In this document: positions 1 to 9,663 of the stretch, piece by piece | How the letters are laid out: each line of letters opens with the position of its first letter | How positions within the stretch are numbered: position 1 is the first letter of the stretch | Source of the DNA: Promethearchaeota archaeon | Lineage (GTDB): Archaea > Asgardarchaeota > Lokiarchaeia > Sigyniarchaeales > Promethearchaeaceae | Assembly (NCBI GenBank): GCA_016933055.1 | Contig: JAFGBS010000002.1 | Coordinates: forward strand, 120,001 to 152,000 | DNA length: 32,000 nucleotides | Reading direction: 5' to 3' | Notes under the pieces: model-generated | What the model was told of the DNA's origin: nothing | The model's database searches: none | What the model saw: the letters and a program-made list of their open reading frames with translations, nothing else | Translations under genes and position numbers: made by a program

Positions 1-26
1 AATCAATTGCTAACGAGTCTTATGGT

Positions 27-1076
27 ATGGTTCACAAGATCAAAGTTGGACTTATTGGTTCGGGATTTATTGCAGAACATCACGTAAATGCCTACAAGCG
101 ATTACCTAATGTAGAAATAATGGGAATTTCATCTTTAATGAAGCAAGAAGCTAAAAAATTAATGACAAAATATTCGATTCCAGGAGAACCCTTTGCCGAT
201 TATACCAACCTATTGAAAATGGACCTAGATGTAGTATCGTTATGTATTCCCAATTTCCTTCACGAAACTGTTGGAATTGAAGCCTTAGAAGCACAAAAAC
301 ACGTTTTAGTAGAAAAACCATTAACACGTACGACTAAAGAAGGAAAAAATTTGATCAAAACTGCAGATCGGACTGGAAAATCCATCTATTATTGTGAGAA
401 CAATATGTATGCACCCTCATTTAGTAAGATAAAGGAAATAATTAAGGAAGGGGCTCTGGGTTCTATCTATATGGGAAGAGGTAAAGAGCAACATTCTGGT
501 CCTCATAGTCAGTGGTTTTATAAAAAGAACGCATCAGGAGGAGGTGCATTGCTTGATCTAGGAATCCATGATATTGCTTTATTGCGTTGGTATCTTGATT
601 CTAGAGTAGAAAGAGTATTTTGTCAAACAACCACCATCCAACCGGATAGAGGAAAATTTGGTAAGTGTGAGGTAGAAGATAATGCGATGGGCATATTATA
701 TTTCGAAAATGGAGCCCAAGTGGTAATCGAAGAATCATGGACTGCACCAGGAGGATATGATATGAAAATCGAATTGTATGGTACAAATGGACAAATTATA
801 GCGGACCCGTGCAGAATGACTCCAGTAACTGTCTACAGTGAAACTGGATATGGATATGCTGTAGAAAAAGCTAGTACTACCGCAGGATGGACCTTTCCCG
901 TACCCGATGAACCACACACTTTTGGTTATCCCCAAGAGATTGCTCATTTCATCCATTGCATTAAATATGAGAAAAATCCACTAAGTCCTGGTACCTTCGG
1001 TTTAGAAATTCTTCAAATAATAGAAACCATGTACACGTCAGCCAAAACAGGAAAGATTGAACAGGTTCAATATTAA
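27..1076 (+). CDS. Gfo/Idh/MocA family NAD(P)-dependent oxidoreductase
   Basis: N-terminal Rossmann motif KVGLIGSGFIA, HVLVEKP motif, GGGALLDLGIHD motif; 349 aa. Confidence 0.9.
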   Translation: MVHKIKVGLIGSGFIAEHHVNAYKRLPNVEIMGISSLMKQEAKKLMTKYSIPGEPFADYTNLLKMDLDVVSLCIPNFLHETVGIEALEAQKHVLVEKPLTRTTKEGKNLIKTADRTGKSIYYCENNMYAPSFSKIKEIIKEGALGSIYMGRGKEQHSGPHSQWFYKKNASGGGALLDLGIHDIALLRWYLDSRVERVFCQTTTIQPDRGKFGKCEVEDNAMGILYFENGAQVVIEESWTAPGGYDMKIELYGTNGQIIADPCRMTPVTVYSETGYGYAVEKASTTAGWTFPVPDEPHTFGYPQEIAHFIHCIKYEKNPLSPGTFGLEILQIIETMYTSAKTGKIEQVQY

Positions 1077-1077
1077 T

Positions 1078-1641
1078 TTAATTGGTGATAATGGTCGAAG
1101 AGACTTTCATATTCACAGAAGCTTTTAATACCGTTTCTACCAATTTGAAAAAAGCCTTATCAATCTGAATATTTTCTTTTGCAGAGGTTTTAAGAAAGGA
1201 AAAAGCATTAATGCGGTTAGAAATCTGTTGAATGTCGTTATTGGAAATATCCTCTTGAAGATCACATTTATTTGCAATTAGCAAGGTAGGGATAGTCTCA
1301 GAAACATACTCCCTCGCATCCTTGTACCAAAAGTCTTGAATCTGATAAAATGTCCGTTTTCGACTTAAATCCCCCACAAATATCAAACCTTGACTTCCTG
1401 AATAATAGGTTTTGCGCATTGTTTCCCATCGGTCCTGACCCGCAACCTCAAATATATTGAGAGATACTAAATACGATTCATCATCGAGAGATAATTCGAT
1501 TTTCTTGATAAATACATTTGATCCTATAGTGGGACGATAATCACGTGCAAAAAGATTATCAACATACCGACGTATGAGTGAAGTTTTGCCCGTAGCGAAA
1601 TCCCCTATAATGCAAATCTTCATTTTTACTAATTGTGTCAT
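1078..1641 (-). CDS. Rab/Ras-like small GTPase with atypical G3 motif
   Basis: G1 GDFATGKT, G2 YRPTIG, G3 read as FEVAGQ, YYSG, G4 NKCD, G5 KTSAK. Start placed at ATG 1641 (MTQLVKMK); the ORF track starts at 1680. Confidence 0.9.
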   Translation of the reverse strand: MTQLVKMKICIIGDFATGKTSLIRRYVDNLFARDYRPTIGSNVFIKKIELSLDDESYLVSLNIFEVAGQDRWETMRKTYYSGSQGLIFVGDLSRKRTFYQIQDFWYKDAREYVSETIPTLLIANKCDLQEDISNNDIQQISNRINAFSFLKTSAKENIQIDKAFFKLVETVLKASVNMKVSSTIITN

Positions 1642-1811
1642 ATGCCAACTATTCCCCTTGAAAGAAGAACGTATGATCACTCTTTTAATAGATACTTATT
1701 GGAAACTTTTTAAAAATAATTTAAATTCCCCAAATAATCACCATGACAGTTAATGATTTAAGATCGTGGTTCATTTTTATTGTCATAGAAAACTAAAAAA
1801 AAGTGAACAAT

Positions 1812-2675
1812 ATGAGTTTTTGGAGTGAAATTGATGATTTAATCGACAAGGGAAAGACAGACAAATCCGTGAAAATAGTAGCACAAGAATTAATTGATAT
1901 TCGGGCAGAAATGATCGAAGACAAAGCGAAATTAGAAACCCTTGAAATGGAATATGAAAAATTAAAGGAAGAAAATGCAGAACTGGCGAATTTGGCAGCT
2001 AATATCGAAAACCAATTAACCAACATGGAACTAGGTATGGATTCTCAAGTATCTAGCCAGATGCAGATGGAACAGCAAAAAATGATGGAATTTCAAGCTC
2101 AAAATCAAGAATTACTAAACCAAAATAGAATGCTCACCCATAAAATTCAAGAATTACAGATGATACAAGAACATTTGATTTCTCGGGAGGAATTAGAAGC
2201 TAAAGAACGGCAAATTTCTGCTTTAAACTTGAATATACAAGAATTATCCAATCAACTCCAAAATTTACAGGACACGCAAGTTTCCAAGGAAGATTATGAT
2301 GCACTAAAGTTCCAAAACCAGCAGTATCAGCAACAAATAGCTGCGGGAACTCAACAGCTGGCAGCACTCCAGCATCAAATTGAAGAATTAAAAGTCGAAG
2401 TAGCCCATAAAGATAAGAAAATTAAAGAATTAACGGAACCCCGGGCTGTCATGTCGCCCACTTTAGCCCAATCATCCATTCCCTCTCCCAGTACGAGTTC
2501 TGGATTTATGCATGAGGAAATTGATATAGGTTTACGTCGGAATCAATGTCCTAAGTGTAATGGAACGAAAATTCGGGAAGTAGAAGATAAAACTAAGATA
2601 ATTAGTTATATCCCAAAAGTGATTTATGGAAAAAAATTGGTTTGTCAAACATGCAGGTACGAATGGAGTGCATAA
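1812..2675 (+). CDS. Coiled-coil protein with C-terminal zinc ribbon
   Basis: Long E/Q/L/K-rich heptad-like region, S/P-rich linker, C-terminal CPKC...CQTC; ATG 1812 preferred over GTG 1803. Confidence 0.75.
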   Translation: MSFWSEIDDLIDKGKTDKSVKIVAQELIDIRAEMIEDKAKLETLEMEYEKLKEENAELANLAANIENQLTNMELGMDSQVSSQMQMEQQKMMEFQAQNQELLNQNRMLTHKIQELQMIQEHLISREELEAKERQISALNLNIQELSNQLQNLQDTQVSKEDYDALKFQNQQYQQQIAAGTQQLAALQHQIEELKVEVAHKDKKIKELTEPRAVMSPTLAQSSIPSPSTSSGFMHEEIDIGLRRNQCPKCNGTKIREVEDKTKIISYIPKVIYGKKLVCQTCRYEWSA

Positions 2676-2946
2676 GTTTTTCTAATAAACTAAAATTATG
2701 AAATAAGCGAGAAAATCCGATTTTGATTTGAATAACAGAAGAACCGCCTACTACCATAGGATTAATGGGGCTGATTGATGTCAGAGTTTACCTAGGAATA
2801 AAATGAATGGGGAGAGGATTTGAAAGTCATTATCAGATATATACCAAGATGCCTTATCTCACACACGTACTCAGAAACTGCATTACCATACATATCAACG
2901 CATTAGTTCCACGTTGCGTGGAGTTATCAACAGCATCTCTTAATCC

Positions 2947-2963
2947 ATGGATTTAAAATCCAT
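2947..2963. promoter_or_regulatory. 8-1-8 palindrome ATGGATTT-A-AAATCCAT in a long intergenic region
   Basis: Perfect inverted repeat read directly from the sequence, with a TTTAAAA core; function is inferred only. Confidence 0.35.
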
Positions 2964-3356
2964 CTTACACCCTAACCCAAACATCTCTTTCCGGTTGCAG
3001 GGTGAATATCATTCCTATGGGAAAAATGTCTTGTATGTCCGATAATTCTAGTTCTCTACCACCTTACTACAAGCTTGGTTTGGTTCAAACCTCAGGAAAT
3101 TTAGTGCAAATTCAATCCCCAAGAAATTTGAATTACAATGGTATTGGTGGATGATAAGAGGCAGTGCAGGTACAATAGTAATGGTAATTACGGATGGAAT
3201 TATAAGTCGAAGAAAAAAACGGAAGAATTTTTTGACAATAACATAATCCTTTTTTTTTTTCTTTTTTCGTTTGGATCATTATGGAAATTAGTTTGGACTT
3301 TTGCTGTTCAATCCAAAAATTTGAATAGAACGAAAATCTTTTTTGAGTAGGATAGG

Positions 3357-4352
3357 ATGGAACGTCGAATTTTACCTGCTGATGAATCCAAAGAATGGAT
3401 TATCAAAGCAGAAGAAGAAACCGATTTTAAGTATGGATGCAAACCAGAGGATCGTAGACCCCTATCCCATTATATCAATTATGGAATTGTAAATTTAGAC
3501 AAGCCCATGGGACCTACCAGCCATGAAGTGGTGGTTTGGGTAAAAAATGTTCTTCAACTCGAAAAAACTGGTCATGGGGGCACATTAGATCCTAAAGTCA
3601 CAGGAGTTCTTCCCGTTGCGTTAGGGGAAGCGACAAAAGTCACCTCTGCTTTGTTAAATGCAGGGAAGGAATATGTATGTGTTATTAAATTTCATCAAGA
3701 ATTAGACCTTGAGAAAATAAAAGGGCTTATGAACACTTTCACTACTGTAATATGGCAAAGACCCCCCGTGAAATCTGCAGTCGCACGAGTATTACGAAAA
3801 CGTCGAATTTATTATATCGATATTTTGGAAACGGTAGGAAAATATACTGTTTTTCGGGTGGGATGTGAAGCTGGTACCTATATCCGAAAATTGTGCTTTG
3901 ATCTAGGAGAAGTTGCATTATGTGGAGCAAATATGGCAGAACTTCGTCGCACTCGAGCGGGATTATTCACAGAGGACAGCGTGGTCACTTTGCAAGACCT
4001 AAATGATGCGTTTTACATATCTACTGAGGAAGGAGATGATTCGTATTTGTATAAACTGATCCAACCTATGGAGAAAGCGGTGGAACATATGCAGAAAATA
4101 ATTGTACGGGATACTGCGGTGGATGCATTATGTCATGGAGCTAATTTAGCAGCAAATGGAGTCTTAAAAATTCATGCAGATATTAAAAAAGGGGACCATG
4201 TTGCTATCATGACTCAAAAAGGAGAATTAGTCGCATTTGGTGAGACTTTTCATTCAGCAATAAAAATTGCAAAGCTTAGTTCGGGCTTTGTGGCTAAGAT
4301 AGAGAGAGTTGCAATGCCTCGAAGAACCTATCCACATTGGAAAACCACCTAA
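3357..4352 (+). CDS. cbf5: H/ACA RNA-guided pseudouridine synthase Cbf5 (TruB family) with PUA domain
   Basis: NLDKPMGPTSHEV, GHGGTLDPKVTGVL (catalytic Asp), CEAGTYIRKL, ELRRTRAG, C-terminal PUA region; reading frame uninterrupted. Confidence 0.97.
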   Translation: MERRILPADESKEWIIKAEEETDFKYGCKPEDRRPLSHYINYGIVNLDKPMGPTSHEVVVWVKNVLQLEKTGHGGTLDPKVTGVLPVALGEATKVTSALLNAGKEYVCVIKFHQELDLEKIKGLMNTFTTVIWQRPPVKSAVARVLRKRRIYYIDILETVGKYTVFRVGCEAGTYIRKLCFDLGEVALCGANMAELRRTRAGLFTEDSVVTLQDLNDAFYISTEEGDDSYLYKLIQPMEKAVEHMQKIIVRDTAVDALCHGANLAANGVLKIHADIKKGDHVAIMTQKGELVAFGETFHSAIKIAKLSSGFVAKIERVAMPRRTYPHWKTT

Positions 4353-4367
4353 AGAAGGATATTTGTT

Positions 4368-4994
4368 ATGACGGATCCTGACCATTATTTTTCTAGTAAT
4401 CCTGACTCTCCCGAGAATTTGCGAAAAATCAAAGGAATTTGCCGTAATCGTGAGTTTGAATTTTATTCAGCAGCAGGGGTGTTTAGTGCAAATAAAATCG
4501 ATACAGGTACCTCAGTATTATTGAAAAATTTGAACATTCCAGACGAAGGAGTGATATTAGATATGGGTTGTGGAATAGGAGTGGTAGGGGTAGTGCTTGG
4601 GGTACTGTACCCTAATTTGGAAATCCATTTTCTTGATATTAATGCCCGTGCAACCTTACTTGCAAAAAAAAATGCACAATTCTATGATTTGAAAGCATAC
4701 AGTACTTTTACCGGGGATATTATGCAAATTCTTAAAGAAAACCACCGATTTTATGACGGAATTTACTTCAATCCCCCAATTCGTTTAGGAAAAAAGGTCT
4801 ACCTTAACCAGATTTTGAATGCAATAAGCTTTCTAAAAGTAAAAGGAGTAATGGATATTGTTATAAAGAAGAAATTAGGTGCGGAGAGTGTATATAACTA
4901 TCTTGAAAACAACCTAGAGAGCCAGTTCCAAATTGTTTTATTAGGAAAAAATTCGGGGTATTGGGTTTTTGAGATTCAAAGGATAGAAGATTAG
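4368..4994 (+). CDS. Class I SAM-dependent methyltransferase, RsmC/MTS-like
   Basis: GVFSANKIDTGT, LDMGCGIG motif I, NPPIR motif IV, KKLGA. Confidence 0.85.
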   Translation: MTDPDHYFSSNPDSPENLRKIKGICRNREFEFYSAAGVFSANKIDTGTSVLLKNLNIPDEGVILDMGCGIGVVGVVLGVLYPNLEIHFLDINARATLLAKKNAQFYDLKAYSTFTGDIMQILKENHRFYDGIYFNPPIRLGKKVYLNQILNAISFLKVKGVMDIVIKKKLGAESVYNYLENNLESQFQIVLLGKNSGYWVFEIQRIED

Positions 4995-5189
4995 CTCAAT
5001 ACTATTAATTATTACTATAAAATATAGATGATATAAAGAAAAACTAAATTAATCTAATGAGCCGTCTGTTATAATTTTATTTTGGCGATTTATTCTTTGG
5101 AGAATCGTAAAATTTTTTTTACATGCATTTTTAGAGAAATTGTTTAGTTAACTTGTTCAAGTAACTTTGCTCTTTTTGGTGGAAAAAAT

Positions 5190-5456
5190 TTGGTAAAAGA
5201 AAAACCTAAAGTTGATATCCTTCTTCATGAAATAACTCCCAAGCACAAAATACTTACAAAGGAAGAAACGGAAGAATTATTGAAGAAATATTCAATAAAA
5301 CTGCTCAATTTACCTCGAATTTTCTCTGATGACCCTGTTGTTGAGATGATTGGCGCTCGTTATGGGGATGTGATCAAGATTATACGAAAATCTGACACAA
5401 CAGTGAAGGAAGTAGAATCCTACCGATTCGTAATGAAAGGAAAGAGGGTAAGATAA
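5190..5456 (+). CDS. rpo5: RNA polymerase subunit H (Rpo5)
   Basis: HEITPKHKIL, LPRIFSDDPVV, GDVIKIIRKS, YRFV; TTG start; stop overlaps the rpo2 start (TAATG). Confidence 0.95.
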   Translation: MVKEKPKVDILLHEITPKHKILTKEETEELLKKYSIKLLNLPRIFSDDPVVEMIGARYGDVIKIIRKSDTTVKEVESYRFVMKGKRVR

Positions 5457-8400
5457 TGTCAATTACAATTGATAAACAAGATACATGGAACCTTCTAAAA
5501 GCATTCTTTAAAGAAAAAGGATTAGTAAGACAGCATCTGGATAGCTTTAATGATTTTATTGAAAATCAGATGCAAGAGATCGTAGATGATTCAGGACAAA
5601 TCATTCCTGAAATTCCAGGTTACAAAATACGGTTTGGTCAAATAAGCGTTGATACACCTATTATTCGGGAAGCAGATGGTGCAAAGAAAGAAATTACTCC
5701 TATGGAAGCTAGAATCCGAGAATTAAGTTATTCAGCAAATATCTATTTGGATATGACTCCGGTTACTATTGATGAGCGTATTCAACGAGAAATTGATAAT
5801 GAGCCTATAAAAATGTACATCGGGAAGCTTCCTATCATGCTGAAATCGGTTCGATGCCCCCTAGCAAATAATTCTGAGATTGAACTTATTAAAAAAGGCG
5901 AAGATTTCTTAGATCCCGGAGGATACTTCATTATCAATGGCACCGAACGGGTACTCGTAACTCAAGAAGACCTTGCTCCTAATCGTATAATGGTGGAAGA
6001 AACCAGTAAAAGTGCTTCTGCAACCCATATCGCTAAAGTATTTTCCACAACTCAGGGATTTCGTGCCCCAGTAACTATCGAACGTCGTAAAGATGGAAGC
6101 ATAAAAGTTCAGATCCCCACTGTGCCAGGAAGAATTCCCATTGCGATCTTAATGCGTGCATTAGGATTGGATTCTGATAAAAAAATTTTCGAATCCATTT
6201 CTGATGACCCTGCTATTCGAAAGGAACTCATCCCTGTGGTAGATATTGCATCATCTTTGCAATCGCGAGACAAGGAAGAGAGTCAGAGAAAAGCAATTGA
6301 TTATTTAGGTAAACGAGTTGCATATACTCAACCTACAGAGTTCCGTATAAAAAGAGCACTGCAAGTCCTCGATCGCTACTTGCTTCCTCATATTGGAAAT
6401 GAAAAAGAAGATCGAATCAAGAAAGCTTATTATCTCGGTCAAATGACTCAAAAAGTATTAGAGTTAGTATTAGGAAAGCGCCGTGCTGATGATAAAGATC
6501 ATTATACGAATAAACGTCTTAAACTCGCAGGAGATTTATTTACTCAGCTTTTCCGTGTGGCTTTTGTTAGTTTGTGTCGGGATATTAAATATCAATTAGA
6601 ACGGACCAACACCCGAGGACGTAAACCGAATATCAAAACCGCTGTTCGAGCGGATGTGATCTCCGAGCGGATTCGACATGCTCTGGCTACGGGAAATTGG
6701 GTAGGAGGAAAGGCAGGTGTATCTCAATTACTGGATAGAACTAATTATATTTCTACTCTAAGCCATTTACGTCGTATTATTTCTCCATTAAGCAGAAGTC
6801 AACCCCATTTTGAAGCGCGTGATCTTCATCCGACCCAATGGGGAAAGATCTGTCCTGCTGAAACTCCCGAAGGACCAAATTGTGGTTTGGTAAAGAATCT
6901 TAGCCTGACTGCTATTATTTCGGTGAGTTGGAACGAAAAATATATGGAGCAAATCCTGATAGACCTTGGAGTGATTCCAATTGAGGAAATTGCCGAATAT
7001 ACAAGTAAAGATGTCAAGATATTCTTGAACGGAAAACTGGTTGGAATCCATCAAGATATCGAGAGTTTAGTTGAAAACGTCAGGATGCGACGGAGACGTG
7101 CTGAGATCAATAATACCGTAAACATAGCATATTATCATGCATCTAGAGAGATCCAAATAAATTGTGATGCAGGAAGAGCTCGAAGACCTCTCTATGTAGT
7201 GAAGGATGGAGAAGTACTCATCTCAAAAGATGATTTTAACAAAATCCGTACAAGTGAATATACATGGTCGGATCTCACTAAGAAAGGCTTAATCGAGTAT
7301 TTGGATGCAGAGGAGGAAGAAAATGCATTGATTGCCTTGGATGCAACCCAATTAACTACCGAGCACACACACATGGAAATATCTCCTACTACAATATTAG
7401 GGATTACTGCTTCTCTTATCCCATTTCCAGAACATAATCAAAGTCCTCGAAATACATACGAAGCGGGCATGGCTAAACAAGCACTAGGGATTTATGCAGC
7501 TAATTTTCATTTACGGTTAGATACTCGTGGCCACATCCTCCATTATCCCCAAGTACCTATTGTTCAAACAACGCCGATGGATATCATCGGATTTGGGAAA
7601 CGACCAGCTGGTCAGAATTTTGTGATCGGCGTAATGACCTATCAAGGATTCAATATTGAAGATGCTCTTATTATTAATAAAGCATCAATTGAGCGTGGAT
7701 TAGCCCGTAGCACATTTTTCCGGACTTATGAAGGAGAAGAACGGAAATACCCCGGAGGAGAAGTCGACCGATTCCAAAAACCAGATAAAACCGTTCGTGG
7801 GTATGCAAATGATGACGATTATCGCTTCCTCTCGGAAGATGGGATCATTGAACCGGAAAAAGAAGTAGAAGGTGGAAATGTCTTAATAGGGCGAACATCT
7901 CCACCTCGATTTATCAAATCGTATGACCAATTTGGAGTAGACCAACCCACTCGGAGAGAAACCAGTATCCCTATCCGTCATAGCGAACAAGGGACAGTAG
8001 ATACAATCATTATTACAGAAACTATAGATGGAAACAAACTCGCAAAAATAAAAGTCAGAGACTTGCGAATACCAGAAATCGGAGATAAATTTGCATCCCG
8101 ACATGGGCAAAAAGGTGTGATTGGGAGAATCCCCGCCCAAGAGGATATGCCCTTCACTAAAGACGGAATCTCACCAGATCTACTTATCAACCCGCATGCT
8201 ATGCCTTCCCGTATGACGTTAGGACAAATGTTTGAGGGAATTAGTGGTAAAATTGCATGTTCCTTTGGACAAATTCAAGATGCAACAGCATTTGAGTGGC
8301 AGGATATTGCTCAATTACAAGAAAAATTAATAGAGGCCGGATTTGCCTACTCTGGTCGACATGCATTATATAATGGAGTCAACGGGCGAAAATATGACGT

Positions 8401-8818
8401 AGGTATTTATCTAGGAGTTGTATATTATCAAAAATTGCATCACTTAGTTGCAGATAAGATCCATGCAAGAGCTCGTGGACCCGTTCAGATTTTAACCCGC
8501 CAGCCTACCGAAGGTCGTGCCCGTGAAGGTGGACTTCGATTCGGAGAAATGGAACGGGATTGTTTAATCGGACATGGTGCCACTATTCTGTTAAAGGAAC
8601 GGTTATTGGATGAATCTGACAAGACTACAATTTTTGTGTGCGAAAAATGTGGACTTTTAGCAATTCATGACAGAAATAAGGATAAATTCTTATGTCCCGT
8701 TTGTGGGGATAAAGTTATGATCTCTCCAGTTACTTGTAGTTATGCATTTAAACTGCTTTTACAAGAGATGATGTCCCTAGGTATTGCACCACGGCTTATA
8801 TTAAGAGAAAAATCATAA
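5456..8818 (+). CDS. rpo2: RNA polymerase subunit B (Rpo2), unsplit
   Basis: GGYFIINGTERV, ETPEGPNCGLVKNL, GDKFASRHGQKG, NPHAMPSRMT, GGLRFGEMERD, C-terminal Zn finger CEKC...CPVC; 1120 aa. Confidence 0.99.
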   Translation: MSITIDKQDTWNLLKAFFKEKGLVRQHLDSFNDFIENQMQEIVDDSGQIIPEIPGYKIRFGQISVDTPIIREADGAKKEITPMEARIRELSYSANIYLDMTPVTIDERIQREIDNEPIKMYIGKLPIMLKSVRCPLANNSEIELIKKGEDFLDPGGYFIINGTERVLVTQEDLAPNRIMVEETSKSASATHIAKVFSTTQGFRAPVTIERRKDGSIKVQIPTVPGRIPIAILMRALGLDSDKKIFESISDDPAIRKELIPVVDIASSLQSRDKEESQRKAIDYLGKRVAYTQPTEFRIKRALQVLDRYLLPHIGNEKEDRIKKAYYLGQMTQKVLELVLGKRRADDKDHYTNKRLKLAGDLFTQLFRVAFVSLCRDIKYQLERTNTRGRKPNIKTAVRADVISERIRHALATGNWVGGKAGVSQLLDRTNYISTLSHLRRIISPLSRSQPHFEARDLHPTQWGKICPAETPEGPNCGLVKNLSLTAIISVSWNEKYMEQILIDLGVIPIEEIAEYTSKDVKIFLNGKLVGIHQDIESLVENVRMRRRRAEINNTVNIAYYHASREIQINCDAGRARRPLYVVKDGEVLISKDDFNKIRTSEYTWSDLTKKGLIEYLDAEEEENALIALDATQLTTEHTHMEISPTTILGITASLIPFPEHNQSPRNTYEAGMAKQALGIYAANFHLRLDTRGHILHYPQVPIVQTTPMDIIGFGKRPAGQNFVIGVMTYQGFNIEDALIINKASIERGLARSTFFRTYEGEERKYPGGEVDRFQKPDKTVRGYANDDDYRFLSEDGIIEPEKEVEGGNVLIGRTSPPRFIKSYDQFGVDQPTRRETSIPIRHSEQGTVDTIIITETIDGNKLAKIKVRDLRIPEIGDKFASRHGQKGVIGRIPAQEDMPFTKDGISPDLLINPHAMPSRMTLGQMFEGISGKIACSFGQIQDATAFEWQDIAQLQEKLIEAGFAYSGRHALYNGVNGRKYDVGIYLGVVYYQKLHHLVADKIHARARGPVQILTRQPTEGRAREGGLRFGEMERDCLIGHGATILLKERLLDESDKTTIFVCEKCGLLAIHDRNKDKFLCPVCGDKVMISPVTCSYAFKLLLQEMMSLGIAPRLILREKS

Positions 8819-8839
8819 TTTTTCTACTCCCCTTTTTTT
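8819..8839 (+). terminator. Pyrimidine/oligo-T tract after rpo2, possible archaeal terminator
   Basis: TTTTTCTACTCCCCTTTTTTT immediately after the stop; only about 34 bp to the next gene, so read-through is possible. Confidence 0.35.
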
Positions 8840-8852
8840 ATGTATACTATTC

Positions 8853-9656
8853 ATGAAGAAGAAAGAACTGCGAAATTTTAAAAAACTAACTACAAGCACA
8901 ATCAAATCTGAATTCGAGAATTTGGATTTTACGATATTCTTAGTTCAACCACAAGGTCCTATCAATATAGGCCTAATTGCTCGTGTAATGAAGAACTTTG
9001 GGGTTCAGAATCTACTTATTTTTCATCCGGAATGTAAAATCAGTTCTGTTGCAAGAAAATTTTCGATGCACGGCTTGGATCTACTCCAAAAGGCACGGAT
9101 TATTAATGATAATTCTCAAAACAAAAGTGATCGTCTTAAGTCATTAAAGAACATATTTGATGAGTTTGACTATGTTATTGGAACATCGAGTAAAAAAACT
9201 CGATATGGAAATGTGAAACGAACAACCTATTACGTGAATGAATTAGATTTTACATTATTCAAATCTTCTCACGGAAAAATTGCGGTGGTGTTTGGAAGAG
9301 AAGACAAAGGTTTGTTTAATGCAGAATTGAAATTATGCGATTTTGTGATTAAAATTCCTGTAACAGATGATTATCCGGCTCTGAATTTATCACATGCTGT
9401 TACAATAACTTTATCTCAATTTTTTTTAAAAACAAGAATAGTACAAAAAGGAGATATCATCACTTCCACTCGATCCAATCGAGAATTCCTCTATAGAGAG
9501 GTCGAAAAAATATTGAATACGTTAAATTATGAAAAAAATGCTAAGGATGATGTGATTCAAGCTTTAAAAAACATATTAGGGCGTTCATTCTCGTCTCTAA
9601 AAGAAGTTAACCTGCTAATTTCATTATTTTCCGCAATAAATAAAAAAAAAAAATAA
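8853..9656 (+). CDS. trmJ: SPOUT RNA methyltransferase, TrmJ/TrmH family
   Basis: LVQPQGPINIGLIARVMKNFG, VIGTS, VVFGREDKGL, YPALNLSHAV. Confidence 0.85.
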   Translation: MKKKELRNFKKLTTSTIKSEFENLDFTIFLVQPQGPINIGLIARVMKNFGVQNLLIFHPECKISSVARKFSMHGLDLLQKARIINDNSQNKSDRLKSLKNIFDEFDYVIGTSSKKTRYGNVKRTTYYVNELDFTLFKSSHGKIAVVFGREDKGLFNAELKLCDFVIKIPVTDDYPALNLSHAVTITLSQFFLKTRIVQKGDIITSTRSNREFLYREVEKILNTLNYEKNAKDDVIQALKNILGRSFSSLKEVNLLISLFSAINKKKK

Positions 9657-9663
9657 AAGGGGA

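Noticed and set aside
2804-3156. Short + strand ORFs (about 33-49 aa), one ending GGT-GGA-TGA-TAA, as a possible selenoprotein
   Set aside because: No redox motif, no identifiable SECIS, and TGA read-through would add only one residue
3138-3350. 70-aa + strand ORF upstream of cbf5
   Set aside because: Runs through poly-A and poly-T tracts (FFFLF), no recognisable motif; likely spurious
3357-3560. Possible BHB intron in cbf5, as known from some Crenarchaeota
   Set aside because: The frame is continuous and the N-terminus matches the canonical Cbf5 pattern with no insertion
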